Of a DNA stretch of 64,000 bases, positions 8,141 through 16,645 are shown in pieces. Where the stretch lies: sequence record DRR378314_818, one strand, 5' to 3'. Numbering within the stretch: the first letter of the stretch is position 1; the number at the start of each line of letters is the position of its first letter. Made by a program: the position numbers and the translations under genes. The notes beneath the pieces are model-generated. The model was not told where the DNA came from and searched no databases. It worked only from the letters and a program-made list of their open reading frames with translations.

Positions 8141-9451
8141 TTAAGGCTCTTTCGCTTCGGGCGCCAATGTACGAACCGACGCTGCATGGCTTGATCCGTC
8201 CGGCTTGGTCAGACGTGGGCCGGGCCGTGTCAGTCCGATGTCGCGCATTCGGAAATTGCCCTCAATGATCTGCCGGAATGCACCGCCGGTGATCTCGTGA
8301 TCGACCACGACCAAAGCGCGTTCGACCCCGAAATAGCTCAGCATATCGGCGTCCAGCATCTCCCACGCATCGGCAAGGTAGGTTCCCAGCAAATCCCGCG
8401 CCTCGATCAGCGCGACGCGGAACCCTTCGGGGTCGGCGGCGTAATGTTCGTCAAACAAATCCTGCATGATCGCATTGTATTCATTGGACCCCTCCAGCAC
8501 GTCCGACAATTCTTCCATTTCCGGATCGATCACATTATGGGCGACCAGCCGTTCATGGTAGATATCGACCAGAATATCGAACATGGCACCGGTCAGCGGC
8601 TCCGACAGGGCGTGTTCGCTTGACCACCCTTTTGAGAATTCAGAGAGCGTCCGGTCATTCGCGGCGATCCGGATTTGCGAGTTCTGCGACAGCTCAGCAA
8701 AGCGGCTGAGCCGGTTATAGGTATAGAGGTTCCCGCGCGTGTTCTTCAGCACCTCATCCACGACCGAGCCGAAATGCAGTGACGCCAAAAGCGCCACCAT
8801 ATCCGCCGCAGATTCATGGAACCCGTAATACTCGCCAGTTGCATCCTCTTCCGAGGGCAGGCCGATGACGCTGTAAATGATGGCATGCCCGATCTCATGC
8901 GCCACCACGTCAAAGTTCAGGCTGTAGGGGCGGTATTCATCGCCATGCTCGCGGGTGCCGCCGGTTTCCAGAAACCCCCAACCGATATGCGCATTGTCGA
9001 GACCGGGCAGCAATGACAGCTCTAGCCGGTCGAAGTCACGCTCGAAATGCCACGGGATCGACCGGCCGAAATATCCCTCCCACACATCCATGGTAAAATG
9101 GGCCGACCCGAACAGATGGGCGGCTTCAAAGCCGGGGTCTTCGGGATCGATATGGATGAAATTGCCGAACTCATCGGGTTCGGGTGGTGGCAGGATATAG
9201 CCGTCCCAGGCGGGCAGATACATCTCGGGGCCATCCTCACCCTCGATCATCGCGCCATAGGGGGTCGTCTTGTCGACCGGGTACATCGCGTACATGCGCG
9301 GCCCCGAGGGTCCGGGCCCGATACTGCCCTGCGGGGCCGAAATCTCGACCAGTTCAGGCTTCGAGTTCGGCTCAAGATAGGGCGATTGCGGGTACAGCAG
9401 AAACCGCGTGCCCGGAGTTTCACTTTCCGAGTAGTCGGGCCAGATCGTCAA
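8141..9451 (-). CDS. Zinc metalloprotease, gluzincin (M4/M36-like), no signal peptide
   Basis: DNAH, DVVAHEIGH (HExxH), downstream GFHESAAD (third Zn ligand E), SEHALS resembling the thermolysin xVHxxS motif. Confidence 0.8.
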   Translation of the reverse strand: MTIWPDYSESETPGTRFLLYPQSPYLEPNSKPELVEISAPQGSIGPGPSGPRMYAMYPVDKTTPYGAMIEGEDGPEMYLPAWDGYILPPPEPDEFGNFIHIDPEDPGFEAAHLFGSAHFTMDVWEGYFGRSIPWHFERDFDRLELSLLPGLDNAHIGWGFLETGGTREHGDEYRPYSLNFDVVAHEIGHAIIYSVIGLPSEEDATGEYYGFHESAADMVALLASLHFGSVVDEVLKNTRGNLYTYNRLSRFAELSQNSQIRIAANDRTLSEFSKGWSSEHALSEPLTGAMFDILVDIYHERLVAHNVIDPEMEELSDVLEGSNEYNAIMQDLFDEHYAADPEGFRVALIEARDLLGTYLADAWEMLDADMLSYFGVERALVVVDHEITGGAFRQIIEGNFRMRDIGLTRPGPRLTKPDGSSHAASVRTLAPEAKEP

Positions 9452-9474
9452 TGTCCCCTCCCGTTATCGTCCCG

Positions 9475-10827
9475 TCAGAGTTCAGCCCGCTTATCGGGCA
9501 CCTGGTCCTCGGGATCGCCACCGAGGTGGCAAAACATGAATTCGGCTTCAATCAAATCAACAAACGCCTCACGCCCTTCAAGTCCAAGCGCGATTGCATA
9601 GGATTCAAGATCATCCGGTATCGCTTGGTCAAGCCGTGTTTCAAAAAACCAGATCAGCGATTGCGTTCTGTTCGTGTCGCCAGCGGTGCCATTCACCCGA
9701 TGCAGCCCCTCGAGGTGATCAGCCTTGCGCCGCGCCCGGTCGCGTAACGTGCCATAGCTGCCATCGTGGCGAAGCTCGGCCAATAGGGCTGTGTCCAGAT
9801 CGTCCGCACGCGCGGAAACAATCGCATCCTTATGGGCACGGTCGGCCAGCATAGCTTCGTATTGTGTTAGGGTCAGGTCGTTGTCCTGAAGCCATTCCAT
9901 CAAATCGGCATGGCGGGGCAGACGTGCCACAAAACGGTGCGCGGTCATCTGTTGCCGCAGCGCATCACGGTCGGGCAAATGGTTGATCCGATGCGCCTCA
10001 TCCCGCGCCAGCAGGTGTAACGCGGCCCGGTCGCGCAGACGGGTATATAGCTCTGGATCCAGCCGCACCTCATCCACTAATGCCCGTGCCTCTGATTCTT
10101 GCGAGGCGCTCTCGGAATCGACCCGAGCCTGCAGTTCGCGCCAGACCAGAGTGCGTTCAACACGTGGCGCGGCCGGGCCCTCTTTGTCCGCCTTCAGATA
10201 CTGCGCCATTTGCGTCAACATCTCACGGGCGTCATCACCCTTGGCATCCACCTGCCCCTCGGGCAGCCAGTTGTGAAATTCTTCCAGACCCAAGGCGGTA
10301 TCTACCGCCGCAATCACCTTATCCCAAACTCGGTCGCGATAGTGCAGGCCCTTGGCCGCATCCAACAGGGTCTGGGCAACCTCTTCCGAAACCACTTTGG
10401 CCGCCACCGCTTCTGCAAGTGTAGCACGGATCGAGACCATCGGCTCGCTCAGCGGCATAAAGCCAAGCTCGGCTGGACCGTGCAGCACCGCGACCTCATC
10501 GTCGTCAGCAATCGCGCCGCTCAGATATTCCTCAAATACCCGTCCGACGCCAATCATCCCGAAATCGGCCAGTTCAGCCGCGCGCAGGGCACCCATACTG
10601 GCGCTGCCAAAAACAGGTATGCCCTGTTCCAGCGCCCACAGGATTTCCTTGTGCCAGACCGAGGGTACACCGTCGAAATACCCATCAACGATGCCAATGG
10701 CCCGCGGCTTGTCGCGCACCACGCGATACACATCACCCTGCTGCACCGGGGGCAGGATGGTCGCGTCCAGATGCTCTTGCACCGACTCAGCCCGCAGCGT
10801 GGGTCCAACGAAGACAACGATGCTCAT
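9475..10827 (-). CDS. tfuA: TfuA-like protein with C-terminal helical extension
   Basis: VVFVGPTL, PPVQQGD, IVDGYFDGVPSVWHKEIL, GSASMGALRAAEL, DDDEVAVLHGP; start overlaps the ycaO stop (ATGA). Confidence 0.93.
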   Translation of the reverse strand: MSIVVFVGPTLRAESVQEHLDATILPPVQQGDVYRVVRDKPRAIGIVDGYFDGVPSVWHKEILWALEQGIPVFGSASMGALRAAELADFGMIGVGRVFEEYLSGAIADDDEVAVLHGPAELGFMPLSEPMVSIRATLAEAVAAKVVSEEVAQTLLDAAKGLHYRDRVWDKVIAAVDTALGLEEFHNWLPEGQVDAKGDDAREMLTQMAQYLKADKEGPAAPRVERTLVWRELQARVDSESASQESEARALVDEVRLDPELYTRLRDRAALHLLARDEAHRINHLPDRDALRQQMTAHRFVARLPRHADLMEWLQDNDLTLTQYEAMLADRAHKDAIVSARADDLDTALLAELRHDGSYGTLRDRARRKADHLEGLHRVNGTAGDTNRTQSLIWFFETRLDQAIPDDLESYAIALGLEGREAFVDLIEAEFMFCHLGGDPEDQVPDKRAEL

Positions 10828-12017
10828 GCCGACACCGCCCCCGCCCTTGGGCCCGCGATGAAATCGGGATCGTCATGCGGTGCCTCCAACCCCGGAATAA
10901 CCGCGCGAATAACGGCGATATCGATCTCGGGCCGGGACAGATCAACTGTTACAACTTGATCGATCCCAGCTGCCGACAGCCGGGCCAACAGCAGATCAAG
11001 ATCTTCGGTGAAAGACCCGGTCAGATACGACGGGCAATCGGAAAAACGCCCTGTCGCCGCAGCGCCATCGATCAACTCGCGGATATACCGGCTGCGCCAA
11101 GTGCGGGCCTCGTCCGAGAACTCCTCGGGGTCCAGATCATCCCGCGCGCCCGAAATATAGGTCAGCCGCGTCTGTGCCGCCTCGGTCAGCGCGCGCAACA
11201 GCGCAATGGCGCGGTCTGGGTGGCAACCATCCCCGATGCCGATATGGCCCGTTGCCTCTCCGGCCTCGCAGATGACACAGCGAAAGCTGGCGATGCCGAT
11301 ATCCGAAGTTGTGTCCCAAATCCCCAGTTCCAGGCCCGCCGCAGTGATCCGATCCATCGCTTGCTGACAGCGCGGATCATCGACCGTCGCCGGATCAACG
11401 CGCGGCATGGCCCCTCCGTGGTGCCACAGCGTAGTGGCGTCGCGCTCGATCAGTTCACAGATCGCATGGCAGCTGGCCTCAACAGCATCATTGCCCGAGG
11501 CCAGACCATTTGTCGTGCGCGGAAACGCCCGCTGCCCGGCTACCGGTGAGGTGGTGTAATCCGTATCCACCATCTCATAAGGAACCCAACAGTCAGCATC
11601 GGCGGTCAGGTCGCGCCCCTGCACCCACAGCATCGCCCCATGCGGGTCGAACTGCCCGCCCGTCACACGGGGCAGGCGGTCGACATCAACCACGTCGTCC
11701 GGTTCCAGATCGGCATGGCTGCACAGCCGCAGCGGCAGCTCGATCCGTTCTGCATGCCACGCCTCGATCGCTTCCATTACGCCCGAGGCCTGCGCCGCGC
11801 TCAGCGACAATCCCTTACCCAGCGACACCGCGACCGAGCGCGAGTTGGGCCGCGTCACCATCACCGTGGGCAACCCGATCCGGTCCAACCCGGTTAGGTT
11901 GGCGATCCGAGTGATGCCCATCTGTTTGAGAAACGGTTTGACGATGGCAAGGGTCTGTTCCGGATCGCGCAGCCGGTGGGTATCCAGCACATAAGTCTTC
12001 TGCGAAATCCCGGGCAT
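10824..12017 (-). CDS. ycaO: YcaO-family protein (TfuA-associated, thioamide-forming type)
   Basis: GITRIANLTGLDRIG, SLGKG, MEAIEAWHAE, TTNGLASGN, ELIERDA, RALTEAAQTR, AVIPGLE; no C-terminal PxPxP of azoline-forming YcaOs. Confidence 0.95.
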   Translation of the reverse strand: MPGISQKTYVLDTHRLRDPEQTLAIVKPFLKQMGITRIANLTGLDRIGLPTVMVTRPNSRSVAVSLGKGLSLSAAQASGVMEAIEAWHAERIELPLRLCSHADLEPDDVVDVDRLPRVTGGQFDPHGAMLWVQGRDLTADADCWVPYEMVDTDYTTSPVAGQRAFPRTTNGLASGNDAVEASCHAICELIERDATTLWHHGGAMPRVDPATVDDPRCQQAMDRITAAGLELGIWDTTSDIGIASFRCVICEAGEATGHIGIGDGCHPDRAIALLRALTEAAQTRLTYISGARDDLDPEEFSDEARTWRSRYIRELIDGAAATGRFSDCPSYLTGSFTEDLDLLLARLSAAGIDQVVTVDLSRPEIDIAVIRAVIPGLEAPHDDPDFIAGPRAGAVSA

Positions 12018-12175
12018 TCAAATGGCCTTGTCAACTATCTGGTAAACCTGCCGAACCCGCCAAGCGGATCGCGTCGGCGTCAGGATGCGGGATGAATGCA
12101 GACGGGTCAACCGCCCGGCCCAAGCGATCCGCACTTGCAAGAACCGCGCCCTGCCGTTAAACGAGCTCGCGCATC

Positions 12176-12251
12176 GCCTCAATAGCTCAGCTGGTAGAGC
12201 AGGTCCTTCGTAAGGACAAGGTCGGGGGTTCGAGTCCCTCTTGAGGCACCA
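12176..12251 (+). tRNA. tRNA-Thr(CGT)
   Basis: 76 nt, GCCTCAA...TTGAGGC-ACCA acceptor stem; anticodon loop TT-CGT-AA; T loop GGTTCGAGTCC. Confidence 0.95.
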
Positions 12252-12278
12252 TCTCGTCTCGACATCAACTATCTGCGC

Positions 12279-13175
12279 TCAGATCAACATCTCAATTTGT
12301 GCGCTTGGGAACTGCGATACCAGCCCGTTGATTTTGGATTCTGGGGTCAAACACAGGGCGGTCGATAGACCGTCGGCCACTGCCGCCTGTGGGGCGGATA
12401 CCGATACCGCCCGAAACGTTACACCGATCCCCTTTGGGTTCAGGATATGGCCTTGATCGTCCTGCAGCATGGTGCCTTCGGGGGCTGAGGTTGCGACGGC
12501 TCGGTCTTGCAGCCTGACCCGTTTGGCGACCATGCCATCCGGTGTGGCCAACCCGATATGCCACTGCTCGCCGATCCGTCTTCGACCAAGGGCTGCAACC
12601 TCGCCCATATCCACCAGAACATTGTGCAGATTGAAAGACCGCAGCAACGCTGCAATCCGGTCCGTGATCGCGCCTTGCGCTATCCCGTTGAGCGTGATCG
12701 CTGATCGTCCGGGATGTGGCAGGCGAATTTCATCCGCGCCCACACGCACCATATCCCATCCGATTGTCTGCTGCGCGCGGTCCACTTTCGGCCGGGCCGC
12801 ACCGCTGGCAAGCGCTAGCCATAGGGGCTGGATTGTCGGATCAAACACCCCGCCCGAGGCGTCGTGAAGCGCAGAACACAGGCTGAGCACCTCCAGTAAC
12901 TCGGGCGCAGGGGCGCTCAGGTGACCCGTCCGGTTCAACTGGCTGATCTGCGAGTGTGTTCGATAAAGGCTGAAGATATCTTCAAGCCGGTTCAGCTCTG
13001 CCTCGACTGCGGCAAAGATCGGTGCAGCTTGCGTATCCGTCAGCCCCTCAAGCCGCAGGCCGGCAGGAGCGCCCAGTGCTACACCGCGCCAATGGGCCGA
13101 GGTGCCCGCCATCGCGGGAACCGCAGCGCAGGTGGCTGAGATGGTCAGGAAACGGCGGCGGGTCAGAACAGTCAT
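12279..13175 (-). CDS. nosX: FAD:protein FMN transferase NosX (ApbE family), Tat signal
   Basis: TRRRFL Tat motif, FDPTIQPLW, TLNGIAQG, ATSA, GHILNP, ADGLSTAL; last gene of the nos cluster. Confidence 0.9.
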   Translation of the reverse strand: MTVLTRRRFLTISATCAAVPAMAGTSAHWRGVALGAPAGLRLEGLTDTQAAPIFAAVEAELNRLEDIFSLYRTHSQISQLNRTGHLSAPAPELLEVLSLCSALHDASGGVFDPTIQPLWLALASGAARPKVDRAQQTIGWDMVRVGADEIRLPHPGRSAITLNGIAQGAITDRIAALLRSFNLHNVLVDMGEVAALGRRRIGEQWHIGLATPDGMVAKRVRLQDRAVATSAPEGTMLQDDQGHILNPKGIGVTFRAVSVSAPQAAVADGLSTALCLTPESKINGLVSQFPSAQIEMLI

Positions 13176-13687
13176 GCGGGGGTCTCCAGTGCGAGGTCCA
13201 GATCGACAGGTCCCAGCACCTCGGTATCGGGAATGTCCGACAACGGAAGCGCCGCGCCGCCATAATTCGCGATGAACGCCTCTGCCGCGGAGAGATCACC
13301 GAAGGGCACCACTTCGCGTGCGCCCATGCCGCCGGCGACATCGGCACCAACGACAAAGGTTGCACCATCAGCATCGATCCAATTCGATATCCCCGGGCTG
13401 CGCCAACTGGGCGCGACGCTCATATCGCTGACATAGACGGCGGTGATCTTGGCATCCCGCTCGGGGCTTTTCAGATACGCCACCATGTCACGCACCTGCG
13501 CGAAGAACAGGGGAGCAGGGTAACCCTCAAGATGGATCTGTCCCTTTGGCCCGCCATGTTCGGCGATGTTCATCTGGCAGAAAAAGCTAAGCGCATCCGG
13601 GGTGAGGTTGACCGGGTCGGGGGCCTCGACCACTTCTTCCTTGCAGGCCACCAGCGCGACCAATGCGATCAGGGCGAGATGTTTCAT
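13172..13687 (-). CDS. nosL: Copper chaperone lipoprotein NosL
   Basis: Lipobox LVAC; CQM, GPKGQI, GGMGA motifs; position after nosY. Confidence 0.9.
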   Translation of the reverse strand: MKHLALIALVALVACKEEVVEAPDPVNLTPDALSFFCQMNIAEHGGPKGQIHLEGYPAPLFFAQVRDMVAYLKSPERDAKITAVYVSDMSVAPSWRSPGISNWIDADGATFVVGADVAGGMGAREVVPFGDLSAAEAFIANYGGAALPLSDIPDTEVLGPVDLDLALETPA

Positions 13688-14505
13688 GGCTCAACCCTCC
13701 GGAATGCGAGCCGCGCAAGCGCAAAGCCCAGCACCGGCCAGATCAGCAGCGAGGCGGGCGCAGCCCAGACCGGCAGGGCCTGCGCAGCCCCGGTCATGCC
13801 CGAGGCCATGGCGACGCCCTCGGTCGCGGCGATGTTCCACAAACGGAATGCGTCGGCCGGGTTGGCCACCATCACCCATGGAAAGACGGATTGGGTGAAG
13901 ACGCCGCCCTTGTCCATGACGACGGCCCCCAACAGGCCCAGATCATAGAGGACGACAAAAACCAGCCAGAGCCCGGCCGACAAGCCTGCCGCCGCCGTGG
14001 CCCCCTTTGCCAGGGCAGACAGCAAGTATCCCAATGCCAGGAACACAGCGCCCAGCAGTATCGAAGTGAGGATCAAACGCGCCAGCGCCATCAGGCTTTC
14101 CGACCCCGCGCCACCGAACCAAGCGGCCACGGCACCAGCAGTGCCAAAACCGATGGTCATGGCAAAGGCCAATGCCGCAAGATGGGCGGTGAACTTACCA
14201 AGCAGGATTTCCCCGCGCCCGGCAGGGTAAGACAGCAACAGCGACAGGCTGCCCCGGTCCACGTCGCCTGCGATTGCATCAAAGGCGATCATCAGTGCCA
14301 GCAAAGGCGCAAGATAGACCGACAGCGTGGTCATCGAGGCGACTGAAACGGTCAGCATATCGACTCCCAACGTGCCGGTTGGCGCGCTGCCTGCGAAGGT
14401 CAGCGCCAGAGCGAACAGCACCATGATCAAGGTGGCGACCAGCAGCCAGCGATTGCGGCGCAGGATCAACATTTCGGTGCGGGTGATGGCGAGGAAGCGG
14501 GTCAT
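13684..14505 (-). CDS. nosY: ABC permease NosY
   Basis: Multi-TM; RRNRW, LLLSYP...GKF, NPADAFRL. Confidence 0.92.
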   Translation of the reverse strand: MTRFLAITRTEMLILRRNRWLLVATLIMVLFALALTFAGSAPTGTLGVDMLTVSVASMTTLSVYLAPLLALMIAFDAIAGDVDRGSLSLLLSYPAGRGEILLGKFTAHLAALAFAMTIGFGTAGAVAAWFGGAGSESLMALARLILTSILLGAVFLALGYLLSALAKGATAAAGLSAGLWLVFVVLYDLGLLGAVVMDKGGVFTQSVFPWVMVANPADAFRLWNIAATEGVAMASGMTGAAQALPVWAAPASLLIWPVLGFALARLAFRRVEP

Positions 14506-15395
14506 AACCTCTCCTCCTGTGCATAGTGGCGATAAAGATCCTCCAGCTTGGGCGGGGTCATTTCCACATCCGCGACCGCGTCGCCCAGTCCGGCGATCCG
14601 GCGCAGGGCCTCCATTTTGTCCTCGGGTGTGCAGAGCATTTCAATCGACGCGCCATTGATCCGGCTGCCGCCCAGTTCAGCGGCCAAGGCGTCGGGGTTC
14701 GCACTGGCGCGGACCTTCAGGCGGATTGGCAGACCGGCCAGCGCCGACAGGTTGGTCAGCGTGTCATCGGCAACCATCCGGCCTTTGCGCATGATGGCAA
14801 TGCGGTCGGTGCGGGCCTCAACCTCGGTCAGCGCGTGGGACGCGATCAGCACCGCCGTTCCTTGCCCTGCCAACTCATCAATGATGGCATAAAGATCTTG
14901 CCGCGAGATTGGGTCTAAACCGGATGTGGGCTCATCCAGCAGCGCCACTTTCGGCTGGCCCAACAGCACCTGCGCCAGACCCAGACGTTGCCGCATGCCT
15001 TTGGAATAGGCCCCGATCCGGCGGTCGAGCGCATCGCTCAGACCAACACGCTCCAACAGGCCGGGAACGTCGGCCTTGCCACCGGAAAGCTGCGCAAACA
15101 GGGTCAATTGTTCTCGCCCGGTCAAAGCGGGATGGAAGGAAACCGCCTCGGGCAAATAAGCCGTCTCGCGGCGCGCCTGCGCGCTGCCGGGGCTGGCGTC
15201 TCCGATCCAAATGGTGCCTCCTTCAATCGGGATCAGGCCAAGGATGGATTTGATCAGGGTCGACTTGCCCGCGCCGTTATGGCCCAGCAGCGCGACGCGC
15301 TGACCGGGGGCAAGGGACAGCGTGATATCGTCAAGAACGCGGGTTTTCCCTCGGTCCTTGCTGACTTGAGTAATCGTCAGGGCCTTATCCGTCAT
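14502..15395 (-). CDS. nosF: ABC ATPase NosF
   Basis: GHNGAGKST Walker A, YSKGMRQR signature, LLDEPTSGLDP. Confidence 0.93.
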   Translation of the reverse strand: MTDKALTITQVSKDRGKTRVLDDITLSLAPGQRVALLGHNGAGKSTLIKSILGLIPIEGGTIWIGDASPGSAQARRETAYLPEAVSFHPALTGREQLTLFAQLSGGKADVPGLLERVGLSDALDRRIGAYSKGMRQRLGLAQVLLGQPKVALLDEPTSGLDPISRQDLYAIIDELAGQGTAVLIASHALTEVEARTDRIAIMRKGRMVADDTLTNLSALAGLPIRLKVRASANPDALAAELGGSRINGASIEMLCTPEDKMEALRRIAGLGDAVADVEMTPPKLEDLYRHYAQEERL

Positions 15396-16641
15396 GAGGC
15401 ACCTTTTTCATAGCTGGGGGTTCAGGGGCTTGCATCAATGGGTTGCTGTCCATCACACCGCCCGGCAACAACGCCGGGAAAGCCGATTGCGACCAGCGCA
15501 CCAGTTGCACGGCGGGCGAGCCGAGCAGCAGCTTGGCTGCAGGTTGGGTCCAAAGCACATGGTCCATCGAGTCGTTGGGGCGATAGGGCGCATCGGCAAT
15601 GCCGTTGCCATCCACATCATAAGCGGCGAAATCGGACCAGTAGTTTCCGCGCCCGTCTTCAGACCACTCGACCCATTTGGTCGAGACGTATTTCACCTGC
15701 GTCCGGTTGCCGATGAATGAATTGCCAACGATGCGGTTGCGTTCGCTTCCAGCGGTAAAGTGGATACCGATGCCACATCCCTGGAACCAGTTGTCGGTGA
15801 ATTCGTTCTTGTTCGAGTTATAGAGGAAGGTGCATTTTTCCTTGGCACCTTTCACCACGTTTCCAGTGATGGTGCTTTTATTTGCGTAGTTCAGCATCAC
15901 GCCATGTTCGCGGTCGCCGATCGAGACATTGTTGGCCACAGTCACATTGGTCGTGAACATCACTGCATAGCCCAGATCGTTGCCGATCGAGACGTTATCG
16001 CTGACCATTGAATCGTCGGCATACATGTAGTGCACCGCAAAGCGCAGATCGCGGAACAGATTGCCGGTGAAGGTATTCTTCTTGGACGAGTTCACAAAGA
16101 TCCCATCGCGCCCGAAGCGGATGTCGTTGCCTTCAACCACCGCACCCGGCGCGTTCCAGACATAGACGCCATTGCCGCGCTCATTCATCCGCTGGTCTTG
16201 GCGGCCTTCGATCCGGTTGCCCCGGACAATGCTGTCCTTGGCACCATGAATGTCGATGCCATAGAGATTGCCCAGTAGCACATTATCTTCGACCACCGGC
16301 GCTGTGGCCGTCTTGGTCAACTGGATGCCACTATCGATCCCGTCATGGTCAGAGCCCGAGCCGATCACGGTCAACCCGCGTACGGTCACACCCGGTCCGG
16401 TCACGGTGATGACGCTGCCCTCACCTTGGCCATCAATCGTGGCCTGTCCCAACCCGTCGAGGGTAACGGGTCGGTCCAGCACAAGCGTTTCAGCGTAAAC
16501 GCCAGGGCTCAGGCGGAGTGTGTCTCCATCCGCCGCCTGCGCCAGTATCTCGTTGATGGCCCCCGCCCGATTGGGCACATCCCAATCCGCCGCCCAAAGG
16601 GGCGAGCCGAGCAGGAGCGGTATGAGCAGGGGCCAACGCAT
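15385..16641 (-). CDS. nosD: Periplasmic maturation protein NosD
   Basis: Start reassigned to MRWPLL (signal peptide); beta-helix repeats, RFAVHYMY, GNYWSD. Confidence 0.92.
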   Translation of the reverse strand: MRWPLLIPLLLGSPLWAADWDVPNRAGAINEILAQAADGDTLRLSPGVYAETLVLDRPVTLDGLGQATIDGQGEGSVITVTGPGVTVRGLTVIGSGSDHDGIDSGIQLTKTATAPVVEDNVLLGNLYGIDIHGAKDSIVRGNRIEGRQDQRMNERGNGVYVWNAPGAVVEGNDIRFGRDGIFVNSSKKNTFTGNLFRDLRFAVHYMYADDSMVSDNVSIGNDLGYAVMFTTNVTVANNVSIGDREHGVMLNYANKSTITGNVVKGAKEKCTFLYNSNKNEFTDNWFQGCGIGIHFTAGSERNRIVGNSFIGNRTQVKYVSTKWVEWSEDGRGNYWSDFAAYDVDGNGIADAPYRPNDSMDHVLWTQPAAKLLLGSPAVQLVRWSQSAFPALLPGGVMDSNPLMQAPEPPAMKKVPHDG

Positions 16642-16645
16642 GGGC

